64,000 nt of DNA from Mobula hypostoma (GCF_963921235.1 NC_086097.1:101062001-101126000), one strand, 5' to 3'; shown: positions 50,382 to 63,684, counted from the first letter of the stretch. Notes: a model not told the origin generated them from the sequence alone. Translations and numbers: made by a program.

Positions 50382-52086
50382 TTTTTTTGCATCTGTGTTT
50401 ACTAAGGAAACTGGCATGAAGTCTATGGAATTAAGGGAAACAAGTAGTGAGATCATGGAAACTGTACAGATCGAAAAGGAGGAGGTCCTTGCTGTCTTGA
50501 GGAAAATTAAAGTGGATAAATCCCCGGGACCTGACAGGGTGTTCCCTCGGACCTTGAAGGAGACTAGTGTTGAAATTGCAGGGGCCCTGGCTGAAATATT
50601 TAAAATGTCGCTGTCTACAGGTGAGGTGCCGGAGGATTGGAGAGCGGCTCATGTTGTTCCGTTGTTTAAAAAAGGATCGAAAAGTAAACCGGGAAATTAT
50701 AGGCCAGTAAGTTTAACGTCGGTAGTAGGTAAGTTATTGGAGGGAGTACTAAGAGACAGAATCTATAAGCATTTGGATAGACTGGGACTTATTAGGGAGA
50801 GTCAACATGGCTTTGTGCATGGTAGGTCATGTTTGACCAATCTATTGGAGTTTTTCGAGGAGGTTACCAGGAAAGTGGATGAAGGGAAGGCAGTGGATAT
50901 TGTCTACATGGACTTCAGTAAGGCCTTTGACAAGGTCCCGCATGGGAGGTTAGTTAGGAAAATTCAGTCGCTAGGTATACATGGGGAGGTGGTAAATTGG
51001 ATTAGACATTGGCTCGATGGAAGAAGCCAGAGAGTGGTGGTAGAGAATTGCTTCTCTGAGTGGAGGCCTGTGACTAGTGGTGTGCCACAGGGATCAGTGC
51101 TGGGTCCATTGTTATTTGTCATCTATATCAATGATCTGAATGATAATGTGGTAAATTGGATCAGCAAGTTTGTTGATGATACAAAGATTGGAGGTGTAGT
51201 AGACAGTGAGGAAGGTTTTCAGAGCCTGCAGAGGGACTTGGACCAGCTGGAAAAATGGGCGAAAAAATGGCAGATGGAATTTAATACTGACAAGTGTGAG
51301 GTATTGCACGTTGGAAGGACAAACCAACGTAGAACATACAGGGTTAATGGTAAGGCACTGAGGAGTGCAGTGGAACAGAGGGATCTGGGAATACAGATAC
51401 AAAATTCCCTAAAAGTGGCGTCACAGGTAGATAGGGTCGTAAAGAGAGCTTTTGGTACATTGGCCTTTATTAATCAAAGTATTGAGTATAAGAGCTGGAA
51501 TGTTATGATGAGGTTGTATAAGGCATTGGTGAGGCCGAATCTGGAGTATTGTGTTCAGTTTTGGTCACCAAATTACAGGAAGGATATAAATAAGGTTGAA
51601 AGAGTGCAGAGAAGGTTTACAAGGATGTTGCCGGGACTTGAGAAACTCAGTTACAGAGAAAGGTTGAATGGGTTGGGACTTTATTCCCTGGAGCGTAGAA
51701 GAATGAGGGGAGATTTGATAGAGGTATATAAAATTATGATGGGTATAGATAGAGTGAATGCAAGCAGGCTTTTTCCACTGAGGCAAGGGGAGAAAAAAAA
51801 ACAGAGGACAAGGGTTTAGGGTGAGGGGGGAAAAGTTTAAAGGGAACATTGGGGGGGGCTTCTTCACACAGAAAGTGGTGGGAGTATGGAATGAGCTGCC
51901 AGACGAGGTGGTAAATGCGGGTTCTTTTTTAACATTTAAGAATAAATTGGACAGATACATGGATGGGAGATGTATGGAGGGATATGGTCCGTGTGCAGGT
52001 CAGTGGGACTAGGCAGAAAATGGTTCGGCACAGCCAAGAAGGGCCAAAAGGCCTGTTTCTGTGCTGTAGTTTCTATGGTTTCTATG
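50382..52086 (+). mobile_element. Young 5'-truncated CR1 with long RT frame
   Basis: ORF 50341-51819; catalytic motif reads KFVDD; frameshift in the A-run near 51793; TTTCTATG(G) tail. Confidence 0.95.
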
Positions 52087-53844
52087 GTATTTGCAATTAC
52101 ATAAAGATAATGGTTTTGCCTAAGTTAACCACGAGGAATATTTCTCAAACTTATGTCATTTGGAAGAAATTATGCGAGCTTTCTCAGGTGTTCAACCAAG
52201 CAATTAACAGCTTCCACAAAAGAAAACAACAGCTATTTTCATTGACTGGATCCCTTTCACTACTCAGCCCGCTGCATGGCAGACACTTTATTTCAACTCC
52301 CATTCACATCTGAATAAAACAGCTACGATGATTAAATCCAATACCTCTTTCAAAGCAGAGTTAAGAACAAATATCAGCATGTCTAATAATTGCCACGAAT
52401 CCAACACGCACTATTATAAAATCAAGATAAATACACTTCAAATTAAACACCTTCTCATATAGCTTGAAGAATTGATATGAAGACATATATCATCTCATAC
52501 TTATTTTGTTTGAGTTGCTCTTTTAGTTGACTGAAACTTTAATTTTAATAACTTTTTTTTAAATTTAGAAACAGAAACAAGTGTTACTGAAAAGTTTAAG
52601 CCCTGGAATTGCATGATGGAGTGGAAGAAAGAAAGTGATAGAACAAGTGTGGACATTAAGAAACAGATTGGTGATAGCAAGTGAGGAGCCACCTTCCATC
52701 AAGCTAGTTCTGTATGTATCCAATCGACAAGTACCATGGATCCCTTGTGATCTAACATAACCCACTAGCCTACCATTCAGGACCCTATCAAAGGCCCTGA
52801 TAAAGTCCATGCAGACAACATTCACCAACCAATCTTCTGGGTCGCCCATCAAAAAGCAATTAAACTCAGGAGACTTGACCTCCCATGCACAAAGTCATAC
52901 TGACTATCCCTAATCAGTGTTTGTTTTTTCAAATATAGGTAAATCCGGTCTCTCAGAATCCTTTCTGGTAACTTTCCCACCACTAATGTTAGGCTGACTA
53001 GTCAATAGTTTCTTGGCTTATCCTTGTGACCCTTCTCAAATAATGTTATAGAGCGACACAAGTTGATGGAAGAACATAACAATAAGTTTTCTTTTCTCTC
53101 CACAAATGCAAATAACTTCCTGATTATTTCCAACAATTTATTTTTATTTCACCTCATTTCTGTACTTTTCTATTGGGAATGATAAGAATCCTATTAACTA
53201 GCTTTCAGATGACAGATGTTAAATATAGATTCATTGTTGATTACTGAGCATTTAATATGCTCAATGTATCAATAGAAAATCTACCAATTCTTTCAATTAA
53301 TCTTAGGTTAAGGTGGAATCATGGTTAAGCTACTGCACCACCAGTCAAAGTATTAAGCCATTGACCCGGAGACTTAAGCTCAAATCTCTCCATAATAGTT
53401 AGGGAGTGTGAATCATTAATAAATCTAAAATATGGTTTTGAAACAAAACCAGACTCAGTAATGATGACCAAATTGTCATAATGTAATTCATTACTATCCT
53501 TTAATATTTTTGTTCCCATCCTATTCCTGCCTGTTAGCCATCAGGTTCAGAATGCTGCAACAAGATTAAGATGGCAGTGTCTATAATTTGCTTCTATATC
53601 CACTGCTATTTGAGATCATCATCCAAGGCTCTTTTTTGGGCTAAGGTAGAAACTTCATCCATGTTGAATCAATATGGAAGCATCTCAGACAAACATTAAG
53701 ATATTTCAGATACATAGAGGATGAGCACAAAGGTAACAGAGAGATTTTTGTTTTAAAACATGACTGATGCTGTGATTTCACCTATCAGACGAATAAATAG
53801 TGAAAGAGGGAGGGCTATTCCCACAGAATGGCTGGTGTACATAC

Positions 53845-53875
53845 CACAGAAAATTTAATATTCTGTAGAGTTACT
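53845..53875 (-). CDS. Candidate 31-nt exon: VTLQNIKFSV
   Basis: Acceptor ttgtttgtattgctatag, donor GTG|gtatgt; only one frame open (phase 2 to 0). Confidence 0.5.
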
Positions 53876-54395
53876 CTATAGCAATACAAACAATGTTTGA
53901 GGCTATTAGTAGTGTACTCTATGATAATTATGGCATGACATTCCACATAGGTCTGCTGTGGCCAGTTTTTGACGTGTTGTAATCATATCAATAGCACAAA
54001 GGACCACCATAGAATAAGAGAGTATGACTCTACCAGGCAAGCACCTTCCCTGCTTATTATTCAAATAAAGCATAATCAAATCAATGTGCATTACAAAGGG
54101 GGAACCCCACAACAAGCAGTAAACACTTGCTCGGCTTGATTATGAGAACATAAGACATAGGAGCAGAATTGGGCCATTCAGCCCATCAAAACTGCACTGC
54201 CATTCCATCATGGCTAATTTATTATCCCTTTCAAACCTTCTTCGCGTAACCTTTGATGTCCTGACTCATCATGAACCTATCAACCTTCACTTTATATATA
54301 CTCAATGACTTAGACTCCACAGCTCTCTGTGGCATTGAATTCCAGATTCACTACCCTCTGGCTAAAGAATTTCCTCCTCATCACTGCTCTAAACA

Positions 54396-54640
54396 TGCCA
54401 TGGTAGTGGTTAGCTTGGTGCTATTGCAGCTCGGAATGTCCTGGAGTTGGGAGTTCAATTCCAGTGTCAGGCTGTACAGAGCCTCTGTACGTCCTCCCCA
54501 TGGAATGCATGGGTTTTCTCCAGATCCTCCAGTTTCCTCCCACAGTCCAAAAATGTACAGTGTAGGTTAATTGGTCATTGTAAATTATCCTGTGATTAGG
54601 TTAGGGTTAATCAGGCTTGTCGGGAGTTGCTGGGATGAAA
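54396..54640 (+). mobile_element. V-SINE (HE1-like)
   Basis: TAGTGGTTAGC A box, GTTCAATTCC B box, V-domain GTTTCCTCCCACAGTCCAAA...GGTTAATTGGTCATTGTAAATT. Confidence 0.8.
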
Positions 54641-54644
54641 CAGA

Positions 54645-57060
54645 TACTCTTTGTACACTCTATGCTTCTCATAATCTTGTGAACCTCTATCAGATCTCCC
54701 CTTGGCCTCTGGCACTCTAGAGAAAACAATCTTGATAGCACATACTCTCTAAGCCAGGCAGCATCCTGGTAAACCTCTTCTGTACCCTCTTCAAAGCCTC
54801 AACATAGTGGGGCAACCAGAACCGTACGCAAACTCCAGATGTGGCCTAACCAGAGTTTTATAAAGTTGCAACATAACTCCTGACTTTTGAACTCAATGCT
54901 TGAATAATAAAAAGCATTCCATAACCTTTCTTAACCACTTCATCGACCTACGTAACTGCTTTCAAGGAGCTAAGAACTTCGATCCCAAGATCTTTCTGCT
55001 CAGCAACATTGTTAATGATCTTGCCCTTAACAGTGTGCTGTCTTCTTCCATTTGCCCTACCAAGGTGCAACACCTCACATTTATCTGGGTTAAACTCCAT
55101 CTGCCATTTCTCAGCCCATATCTGCAACTGATATATATTATGCTGTAATCTTTGCCAGTCTTCCGCACTCTCCACAACTCCGCTAATCTTGGTATCATCC
55201 ACAAATTTACTAACCCATCCATCTACATTTTCATCCAGGTCATTTATACTCATCACAAACAGCAGATATCCCAGCACAGATTCCTGCGGAACTCCACTAA
55301 TTACAGACCTCCAACTAGAATAAGTCCCTTCAATCACTACCCTGTCTTCTATGCACAAGCCAATCCTGAATCCAAACAGCTAATTCACTGCATATCCAGG
55401 CATCTCTTGTGTCACCTTGTCAAAAAGACTCAGTCATGTTGGTAAAACATAACATGCCCCGCACAAAGCTAGGCTGGTTCTCCCTAATTAGGCCATAGGT
55501 CTCCAAATGCTCATATATCCCATCCCCTCAGATTTTCTCCAGCAATTTCCCTACAACTAACACAAGACTCACTGGTCTATAGACCCCAGGATTTTCCCTT
55601 TTTCCTTACCTAGAGGTACAACATTCGCCACTCATCAGTCCTCCGATACTTCACCTGCAGCTAGGTAGGGCATGAAGATACTCGTCTCTTGCCTCCTCCA
55701 AAAACCTGGGGTAAATCCCAACAGGCCCTGGGGACTTATCCACCTTAATAGTCAGTAGGAGGCCCAACACCTTCTCCTCCTTGACCTCTAAATGCCCTAA
55801 TGTATTGAATCAAAGTACTCATTAAATACCTCAATCACATTCTCTGCAAATGCTCCCCCCCTTTATCTTCAACTGGTCCAATCCTCTCCCTAGTTATCCT
55901 CTTGCTCTTGATGTATGTATAGAATGCCTTAGTGTTCGCCTTAATCCTAGTTACCAACGATTTTTCATGGCCCCGCCTAGCTTTCTAACTTCCCTTCTTT
56001 AGTTCTTTTCTGGCTTCTATATACTCATGTGCCTAGTTTGATCCTAAATTCTGAAGCTTTACATACTTTTCCTTTTTCTTCTTGACTAAATGCATCACCT
56101 CTCTGGACATTCAAGATTCTCTTATCTTTCTACCCGTGTCCTTCCTTCTAACAGGAACATATCTTTCCTGTACTCTGTGCAAATAATCTTAAACACCCTC
56201 CACATGTCTGATGTGGACTTGCCAGAGGAAAAAGTGTTCCCATTTAATGCTTCTTAATTCCTTTCTGATGCCTTCATAATTTACCCTACTCCAACTTAAA
56301 ACTCTCCCACAAGGACCATAACTATCTTCATCTATATCCAGCCTGAAAATTAAGGAGTTGTGGTCACTGTGTTCCCTAACTGTTCATCCACTGAAAGGTC
56401 TGTCACCTGGCCAGGCTCATTACCCAACACCAGGTCCAGTACAGCCCCTCCTCTTGTTGGACCTCCCCACCATACATTGATTTAAGAAACCTTCCTGGAA
56501 TCACTTAAGAAATTCTGCCCCATGTAAACCCCTTATACTAAGAAGGTCCCAGTAGGGAAGCTGAAATTCCCTGTGATAACAACTGTATTATTTTTACACA
56601 TTTCCTTAATTTGATTATATAGCAGTTCCTCAATGTCCCAGGAGTCTGGAGGACAGTTCCATCAATGTGATTGCACCCTTCCTGTTCCTGAGTTCCATCT
56701 AAATGAACTCAGAGTCTGATGCCTCCATTATTAATCCCGAGTGCAGCTGTGATATTGTCCCTGATTAGCAGTGCAACTCCACCAACTTCCAATCAGCCCT
56801 AGCCTACTCCTCTCTCATGCTTCTCTAATTCCCTTTACTCTACTTAATACACACACATCTGATTTCAGCCTTTCCCTTTCAAACTGTACGGCGAATTCTA
56901 TCATATTATGATCATTGCATCCTAAGGGTTCTTTTACCTTTAGATCCCTAATCAAATCTGGTTCATTACACAACATCCAATCCAGAATCGCCTTTCCCCG
57001 ATGGGCTCAACCACAAACTGCTCTAAAAAACCATAGTGTAGGTGTTCTACAAATTCCCTA
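54645..57060 (-). mobile_element. Old CR1 ORF2 fragments
   Basis: ORF 54948-55358 (GVPQESVLG, KFVDD); APE remnants towards 57060. Confidence 0.85.
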
Positions 57061-57100
57061 TTTCTTTTTCAGTCAATCTTAATAGCATGTGTTGACTTAC

Positions 57101-57114
57101 TCACCTTCTTTACA
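57101..57114 (-). CDS. Candidate microexon (14 nt CKEG[E], or 10 nt with the alternative donor)
   Basis: Acceptor ttttatttttaattatag with upstream TAAC and TGC; overlapping donors AAG|gtgagt and TGA|gtaagt. Confidence 0.35.
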
Positions 57115-57652
57115 CTATAATTAAAAATAAAATTTGCAGTTATACATAATAACCTTGTCACTTTTTTAATAATATTATATTTCTTCTCACTACATCAGAT
57201 TTGGACAGTGTGAAGAGAAACTGAGATCAATTGGCCCTGCACACTACTCCCCATGAGTATCTGGGGACAGGTCTAAATCAAGAGAAATGTACTTCAATTT
57301 ATCAAATTATGATTTTAAAGTAATCTTGATAAATGCTGTCTTTCAGACTCCACCATCACAAACTCTCTTCATGGTAGGACAGACTCAAAGAGGGAGTGGT
57401 CCGAGGAGTTTCAGTAGTACATGAAGTTTCATGGCATTAGTTGAATAGCAATGTTTGCATTCCCTCAGCTGATGGTACTATGTAAAGAAGGGGCACAGAG
57501 TGTACTGGAGTGTCTACATTCAGAGCATAGAAGATACTGTAGAACAGTACAGAATGCGAATAGGCCCTTTGGCCCACAATTTTGTGTTGAACTGAATAAA
57601 CTAGTAAATTCTTCTGCACCCACTCTAAAACCTCCACATTCTTCCTCTAATG

Positions 57653-57728
57653 CAGGAGTTCCCAACCTAGAGTCCATATACCCACTTGTTTAATGGTACT
57701 GGTCCATGACATTAAAAAAAAAACCCTG
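57653..57728. mobile_element. 76-bp hAT-type MITE with perfect 8-bp TSD
   Basis: CAGG...CCTG ends; CTCTAATG at 57645-57652 and 57729-57736. Confidence 0.8.
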
Positions 57729-59159
57729 CTCTAATGGGATGACCAAAATTTGGAGCAACTCCAAAACAATCCTAAGCTTAAAAAGCATATCAAATGAATT
57801 ATAAAGATGCATATTAAGCAGCAAAAGCAATACAGCATTTGGTGATCCCATATTCAACAGAACAAATTAAGAAGTTCTGCAGTACTGCTATATACAATCA
57901 TTATGGTGACAGAACATTAAATGAGTGACAGAAAACTGTTGAAATGAAAGGGAAAGAGATCCCATGAGCAACACTATCCTCAGTGATGGTGAAGCCCAGC
58001 AGGAAAATGCAAAAGAAAAGGCTTGTGTGTTTACAAACAACTTCAGCCACAGATGCCAAATGATTAATACATGTCAACTTCCTGAGGGCTATTAGAAACT
58101 AGTCTACAGCCAATTTAACTCTTCCCACATAATCTCAAAAAATAGCCAAGGCAATAAATTTAGTAAATGCTGAGTCCCAACAATATATAAAAGTAGCACT
58201 GAAGACCTGCTTTAGCATAACTTAGGTATTCGTATAATAACAAGAACACAATAAAATGGAAGCAGGAGTACTTCAATAGGCCTTGTAACATGATTATGGC
58301 CTGTCTATGCTGGCCTCCACTGTTCTGTGCCAGTTCCAATAAACAATTCTCAATCTTTAAGAATTTATCTCCTTAAATAAACAATATAACATGGTGTCTA
58401 TGTTGACTATGATGCCTATTCAAATTAATCGCATCTGCCTGTCCATGTGCCTATCTAAATGCCTCTTAAACATGACTATCACATCTGTTTCCACCACCTG
58501 CCCCGGCACTGATATCTGTGGAACACCTCTCCAAGTCAAAATATAGCCCTTCCACCATTAGCCCTTTTCTTCGACAGCTAAGCCAATTTTGAAATCAATC
58601 TACCAAGTCTCTGGAGATTCTATGTGCCATAAATTTCTGAATCAGCATACCACAAGAGACTTTGTCCATATAGACAACATCCACTGTTCTAACCTCATCA
58701 ATCATTACTTCCTAAAAAGAAAATTAAGATTTTAAGACATTATCTCCTCTGCACCAAACCATGCTGCCTAACCCTAATAAACCTATGCTTTTCCAGATGC
58801 AAGTTCTCAATCAGACCTCCTTTTAGCTTTCCCTCCTCTAATAAAAACTTCATTTTCTCTCATCTATAGATACAAGAATTTCTCATTATTTGAATCACAG
58901 AAGGAGCAACAAAGGCCATTTAAAAAGCATATTTCAGGTGAGGAATTGTTGAGAGAAATTAAGTGCAGATAAAAAGGCCTGTATTGAGGGTGGAAGAGCA
59001 AATGTTGAGGTCAAAGTGCAGACTGCAGTGAGGTGGGCTGGCAGCAGCAGGAATTGTTTGAAGAGTGTGTTAGGTATGCAGAAAAATGCAAGGCTGAGGA
59101 ATGGATGCAGGAGGAAGGCACTCATATTCTTGGGTCATCGCGATCTCTTCTGGTACAAA

Positions 59160-60180
59160 GATGAGCGGTACAAGAATCCATTATTGGTATCCTCTCCGCA
59201 ACTTTTGCATTTTGCACACGTCTGCCCTTACTCCATCCTCCTGCCACCCCAACAGGGATAGGGTTCCTCTTGTCCTCACCTACCACCCCACCAGCCTCCA
59301 CATCCAGCCTATAATTTGTAAATTCCGCCATCTCCAATGGGATCCCACCACCAAGCACATTTTTCCCACCCACTCCCCTCTGCTTTCTACAGGGATCCTA
59401 TGTTCACTCATCCATCCACACTGATCTCTCTCCTGGTACTAACCCTTGAAAGCAGAACAAATGCCACACCTGCCCTTCACCTTCTTCCTCACTACCATTC
59501 AGGGCCCCAAAACGTCCTTGCAGGTGAGGTGACACCTGGTGCGGCCTGCTGTTTATCGGTGAGACCCGATGTAGATTGGGAGACCGTTTAACAAGCACCT
59601 TCGTTCTGTCCACCAGGAAAAGCAGGATCTTCCAGTGACCACCAATTTCAATTCTACTTCTCATTCCCATTCTGACATGCCAGTCCATGACCTCCTGTAC
59701 TGTCACGATGAAGTCACATGGGGGTTGGAGCAGTAGCACCTTATATTCTGCCTGGGTAGCCTTCAACCTGATGGCATTACCAGCAATTTCTCGAACTTCT
59801 GGTAATGCCCCCTCCCACCTTTCTCCTTCACCATACCCCATTCCCTTTTCCCCTCATCTCCTTACCTGCCTATCCCCTCCCGCTGGTGCTCCTCCCCCTT
59901 CCATGGTCTTCTACCGTCTATCAGATTTCCCCTTCTTTAGTCCTTTATCTCTTTTACCAGTCATCTTCCCTGCTCTTTACTTCACCCTTCCCCCTCTCCT
60001 GGTTTCTCCTATCACCCATCACCTTGTACTTCTTCCTCCCCTCCTCCACCTTCTTAATCTGACTTCTCATTTCTTTTTCCAGTCCTGATGACAGGTCTTG
60101 GCCTGAAACGTCAATTATTTACTCTTTTACATAGATGCTGCCTGGCCTGCTGAGTTCCTCCAGCATTTTGTGTGTGCTGC
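59160..60180 (+). mobile_element. Older PLE 3' half nested in a degenerate CR1
   Basis: NRDRVPLVLTYHPTSL motif shared with the 723-aa ORF; terminal GATGCTGCCTGGCCTGCTGAGTTCCTCCAGC. Confidence 0.88.
60081..60116 (+). ncRNA. Hammerhead motif with variant stem II
   Basis: AGTC-CTGATGA-C-AGGTCTTGGCCT-GAAAC-GTC-AATT. Confidence 0.7.
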
Positions 60181-60516
60181 ATAAGAAAGACAAACCTGAA
60201 CTGCAGGGAGACCAATATCCTGGTGAGGAAGTTTGCTAGGACTACTCAGGAGAGTTTAAACTAATCTAGCCAGGGTTGGGACCCAAGGCAAGACAAATGA
60301 GAAAGATGAGGAAATTTTAGAAGTTAAAGTTCAGAAGGCCTGGTAGGCAGGCGTAGTACTTGGGAAGGATATTCCTGGGAATTACTCATTGAGGCTATTT
60401 GGGTGGAACATCACTGATGGGATTATACTATAAACCCCCTAATAGTCAGCAGGAACCAGAGGAGCAAATAGGGAGACCATTGATAGCTATAATAATAATG
60501 AGTTGTATTAATGTGT

Positions 60517-63040
60517 AATCAGAATCAGGTTTATTATCACCACATGTGATGTGAAATTTGTTAACTTAGCAGCAGTACAATGCAATACATAATCTAGCAG
60601 AGAAAAAAATAGTAACAAATAAAATAAAAAAGAAAATAACAATAACAAGTAAATCAAGTACGTATATTGAATAGATTTTAAAAATGTGCAAAGACAGAAA
60701 TACTGTACATTAAAAAAGTGAGGTAGTGTCCAAAGAGTCAACATCTATTTAGGAATCAGATGGGAGAGGGGAAGAAGCTGTTCCTGAATCGCTGAGTGTG
60801 TGCCTTTAGACTTCTGTATCTCCTAACCGATGGTAACAGTGAGAAAAGGGCATGCCTTGGGTGCTGGAGGTCATTAAAAATAGACGTTGCCTTTCTGAGA
60901 CACTGCTCCCTAAAGATGTCCTGGGTACTTTGTAGGATAGTACCCAAGATGGAGCTGACTAGATTTACAACCTTCTGCAGCTTCTTTCGGTCCTGTGCAG
61001 TATCCCCTCCATTCCAGACAGTGATGCAGCCTGTCAGAATGCTCTCCACGGTACAGCTATAGAAGTTTTTGAGTGTATTTGTTAACATGCCAAATCTCTT
61101 CAAACTCATAATAAAGTATAGCCACTGTCTTGCCTTCTTTATAACTACATCGATATGTTGGGACCAGGTTAGATCCTCAGAGATCTTGACACCTAGGAAC
61201 TTGAAGCTGCTCACTCTCTCCACTTTTGATCCCTCTATGAGGATTGGTATGCATTCCTTCATCTTACCCTTCCTGAAGTCCACAATCAGCCTCTTTCGTC
61301 TCAATGACATTGAGAGTCAGGTTGTTGCTGCGGCACCACTCCACTAGTTGGCATATCTCACTCCTGTACACCCTCTCGTAATTCTACCAACAATGGTTAT
61401 ATTGTCAGTAATTTTATAGATGGTATTTGAGCTATGCCTAGCCACACAGTCACGTGTATATAGAGAGTAGAGCAATGGGCTAAGCACACACCCCTGAGGT
61501 GTGCCAGTGTTGATCATCAGCAAGGAGGATATGTTATCACCAATCCGCATGGATTGTGGTCTTCTGGTTAGGAAGTCGAGGATCCAATTGCAGAGGGAGG
61601 TACAGAGGCCCAGGTTCTGCAACTTCTCAATCAGGATTATGGGAATGATGGTATTAAATGCTGAGCTATAGTCGATGAACAACATCCTGACGTAGGTGTT
61701 TGTGTTGTCTAGGTGGTTTAAAGCCGTGTGGAGAGCCATTGAGATTGCGTCTGCTATTGACCTATTGTGGTGATAGGCAAATTTCAATGGGTCCAGGTCC
61801 TTGCTGAGGCAGGAGTTCAGTCTAGTCATGACCAACCTCTCAAAGAATTTCATCACTGTTGATGTGAGTGCTAGTCATTATTCTTCTTAGGCATTGGTAT
61901 AATTGTTGCCTTTTTGAAGTAGGAACTTCCACCCGTAGCAGTCAGAGGTTGAAAATATCCTTAACACTCTCGCTAGTTGGTTGGCACAGGTTCTTAGAGC
62001 CTTACCAGGTACTCCATCGAGACCTTCCGCCTTGTGAGGGTTCACACTCTTTAAAGACAGCCTAACATTAGCCTCTGAGACGGAGATCACAGAATCAGCA
62101 GGTGCAGCAAGGATCTTCATAGCTGTAGTTGCGTTCTCCCTTTCAAAGAGTTCATAAAAGGCATTGAGTTCATCTGGTAGTGAAGCATCGCTGCCATTTA
62201 TGTTATTGGGTTTTGCTTTGTAGGAAGTAATGTCTTGCAGACCCTGCCAGAGTTGCCGTGCATATGATGTCACCTTCAACCTCGTTCGAAATTGTCTCTT
62301 CCCCGTTGAAATAGCCCTCTGCAAATCACACCTGGTTTTCTGGTACAGGCCTGGGTTGCCAGACTTGAATGCCACAGATCTAGCCTTTAGCAGACAACGT
62401 ACCTCCTGGTTCATCCATGGCTTTTGGTTTGGGAATGTACAGTAAGTCTTTGTGGGCACACACTCATCCACACAGGTTTTAATGAAGTCAGTAACAACTG
62501 CAGCATACTCATCCAGGTTCAAAAAATACAGTCCAGTCCACCGATTCAAAGCAGTCCTGTCGGTGCTCCTGTGCTTCCCTCGTCCATACCTTCTTGGTTC
62601 TCACTGCTGGTGCTGCAGTCTTCAGTCTCTACCTATACTCGGGGAGTAGAAGTATAGCCAGGTGAACAGACTTCCTGAAGTGAGGGCATAGAAATAGCAT
62701 GGTAGGCATTCTTGATGGCGGTGTAGCAATGGTCTGGTGTGTTGTTTCCTCTAGTGATCTGTTGATGGTGGTTGCTTAGTGAGTTTTTCAGACTGGCCAG
62801 GTTAAAATCTCCCAAAATGATGGTGAAGGCATTAGGGTGCACTGTTTCATGCCTGTTGATCCCATTACTCAGATCATCGAAAGCCTGCTTGATATTAGCC
62901 TGAGGTGGAATGTAAACTGCTACCAAAATGACCCCAGAAAACTCCCATGCTAGGTAAAAAGGACGGTACTTTACTACTAGATATTCCAGGTCTGCTGAGC
63001 AGAATTGGGACAGCACTGATATATTTGTGTACCAAGATAT
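60517..63040 (-). mobile_element. Rex1/Babar-type LINE, frameshifted
   Basis: ORFs 62633-63016 (VYIPP, LGDFN; APE), 61887-62549, 61344-61856 ([27 protein letters not shown]), 60756-61310; (TGATTC)n tail. Confidence 0.92.
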
Positions 63041-63684
63041 TAACTTCCATAATATTGACTGGGACTACCATAGAGCCAGCGTGGATGACTTCACTCACCT
63101 TAATGCTGAAGTGATTCCACAACCTATAGACTCACTATGATGAACTCTACAACTCAGTATTACTTATTTCCTTTTTTACTATTATTTGCATGACTTGTCT
63201 TCTTTTGCATATTGGCTTTGCCAGTCATTGTTAATAAAAGTTTTTCACAAAATCTACTGTATTTATTATCTTGAAAATGTCTGCAACAAAACTAAATTCA
63301 AGGTAATATATGGTGACATATGCATATACTAATAATAAATTTACTTTGAACTTTAAAGGACTTCAGAAGGCAGAATGTGTTAAGCATGCCAAGGAAAGTT
63401 TTCTCAAGCAACATGTAGTTGACCCTACAAGACAGGAAGCACACTGGATCTTCTCATGGGAAATTAGGCAGGAAAAGTGACTAAAGAAATGGTAGGGGAG
63501 AACTTTTGGCAATGATTATATTCTATTAGCTTTAAAATAGTCATCGGAAAAGACAGGACTAGTTCATAAGCTAATGTCCTAATTTGGGGCATGGCTAACT
63601 TTGGTGGCATTAGAATGGAACTTGCAAAGATTGATTAAGAGAGGTTGGTTGCAAGTACGGAAACGCCTGGCAAGTGGGATTATT

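Noticed and set aside
52501..52530. 30-nt exon-like segment (QLKEQLKQN)
   Set aside because: A-rich acceptor, and it gives a stop in phase 0, so it does not fit the exon chain.
53311..53500. Possible ancient tRNA-derived SINE
   Set aside because: Too degenerate to support by eye.
54396..54470. tRNA gene
   Set aside because: The A/B boxes belong to a SINE head; no cloverleaf, and it continues into the V-domain.
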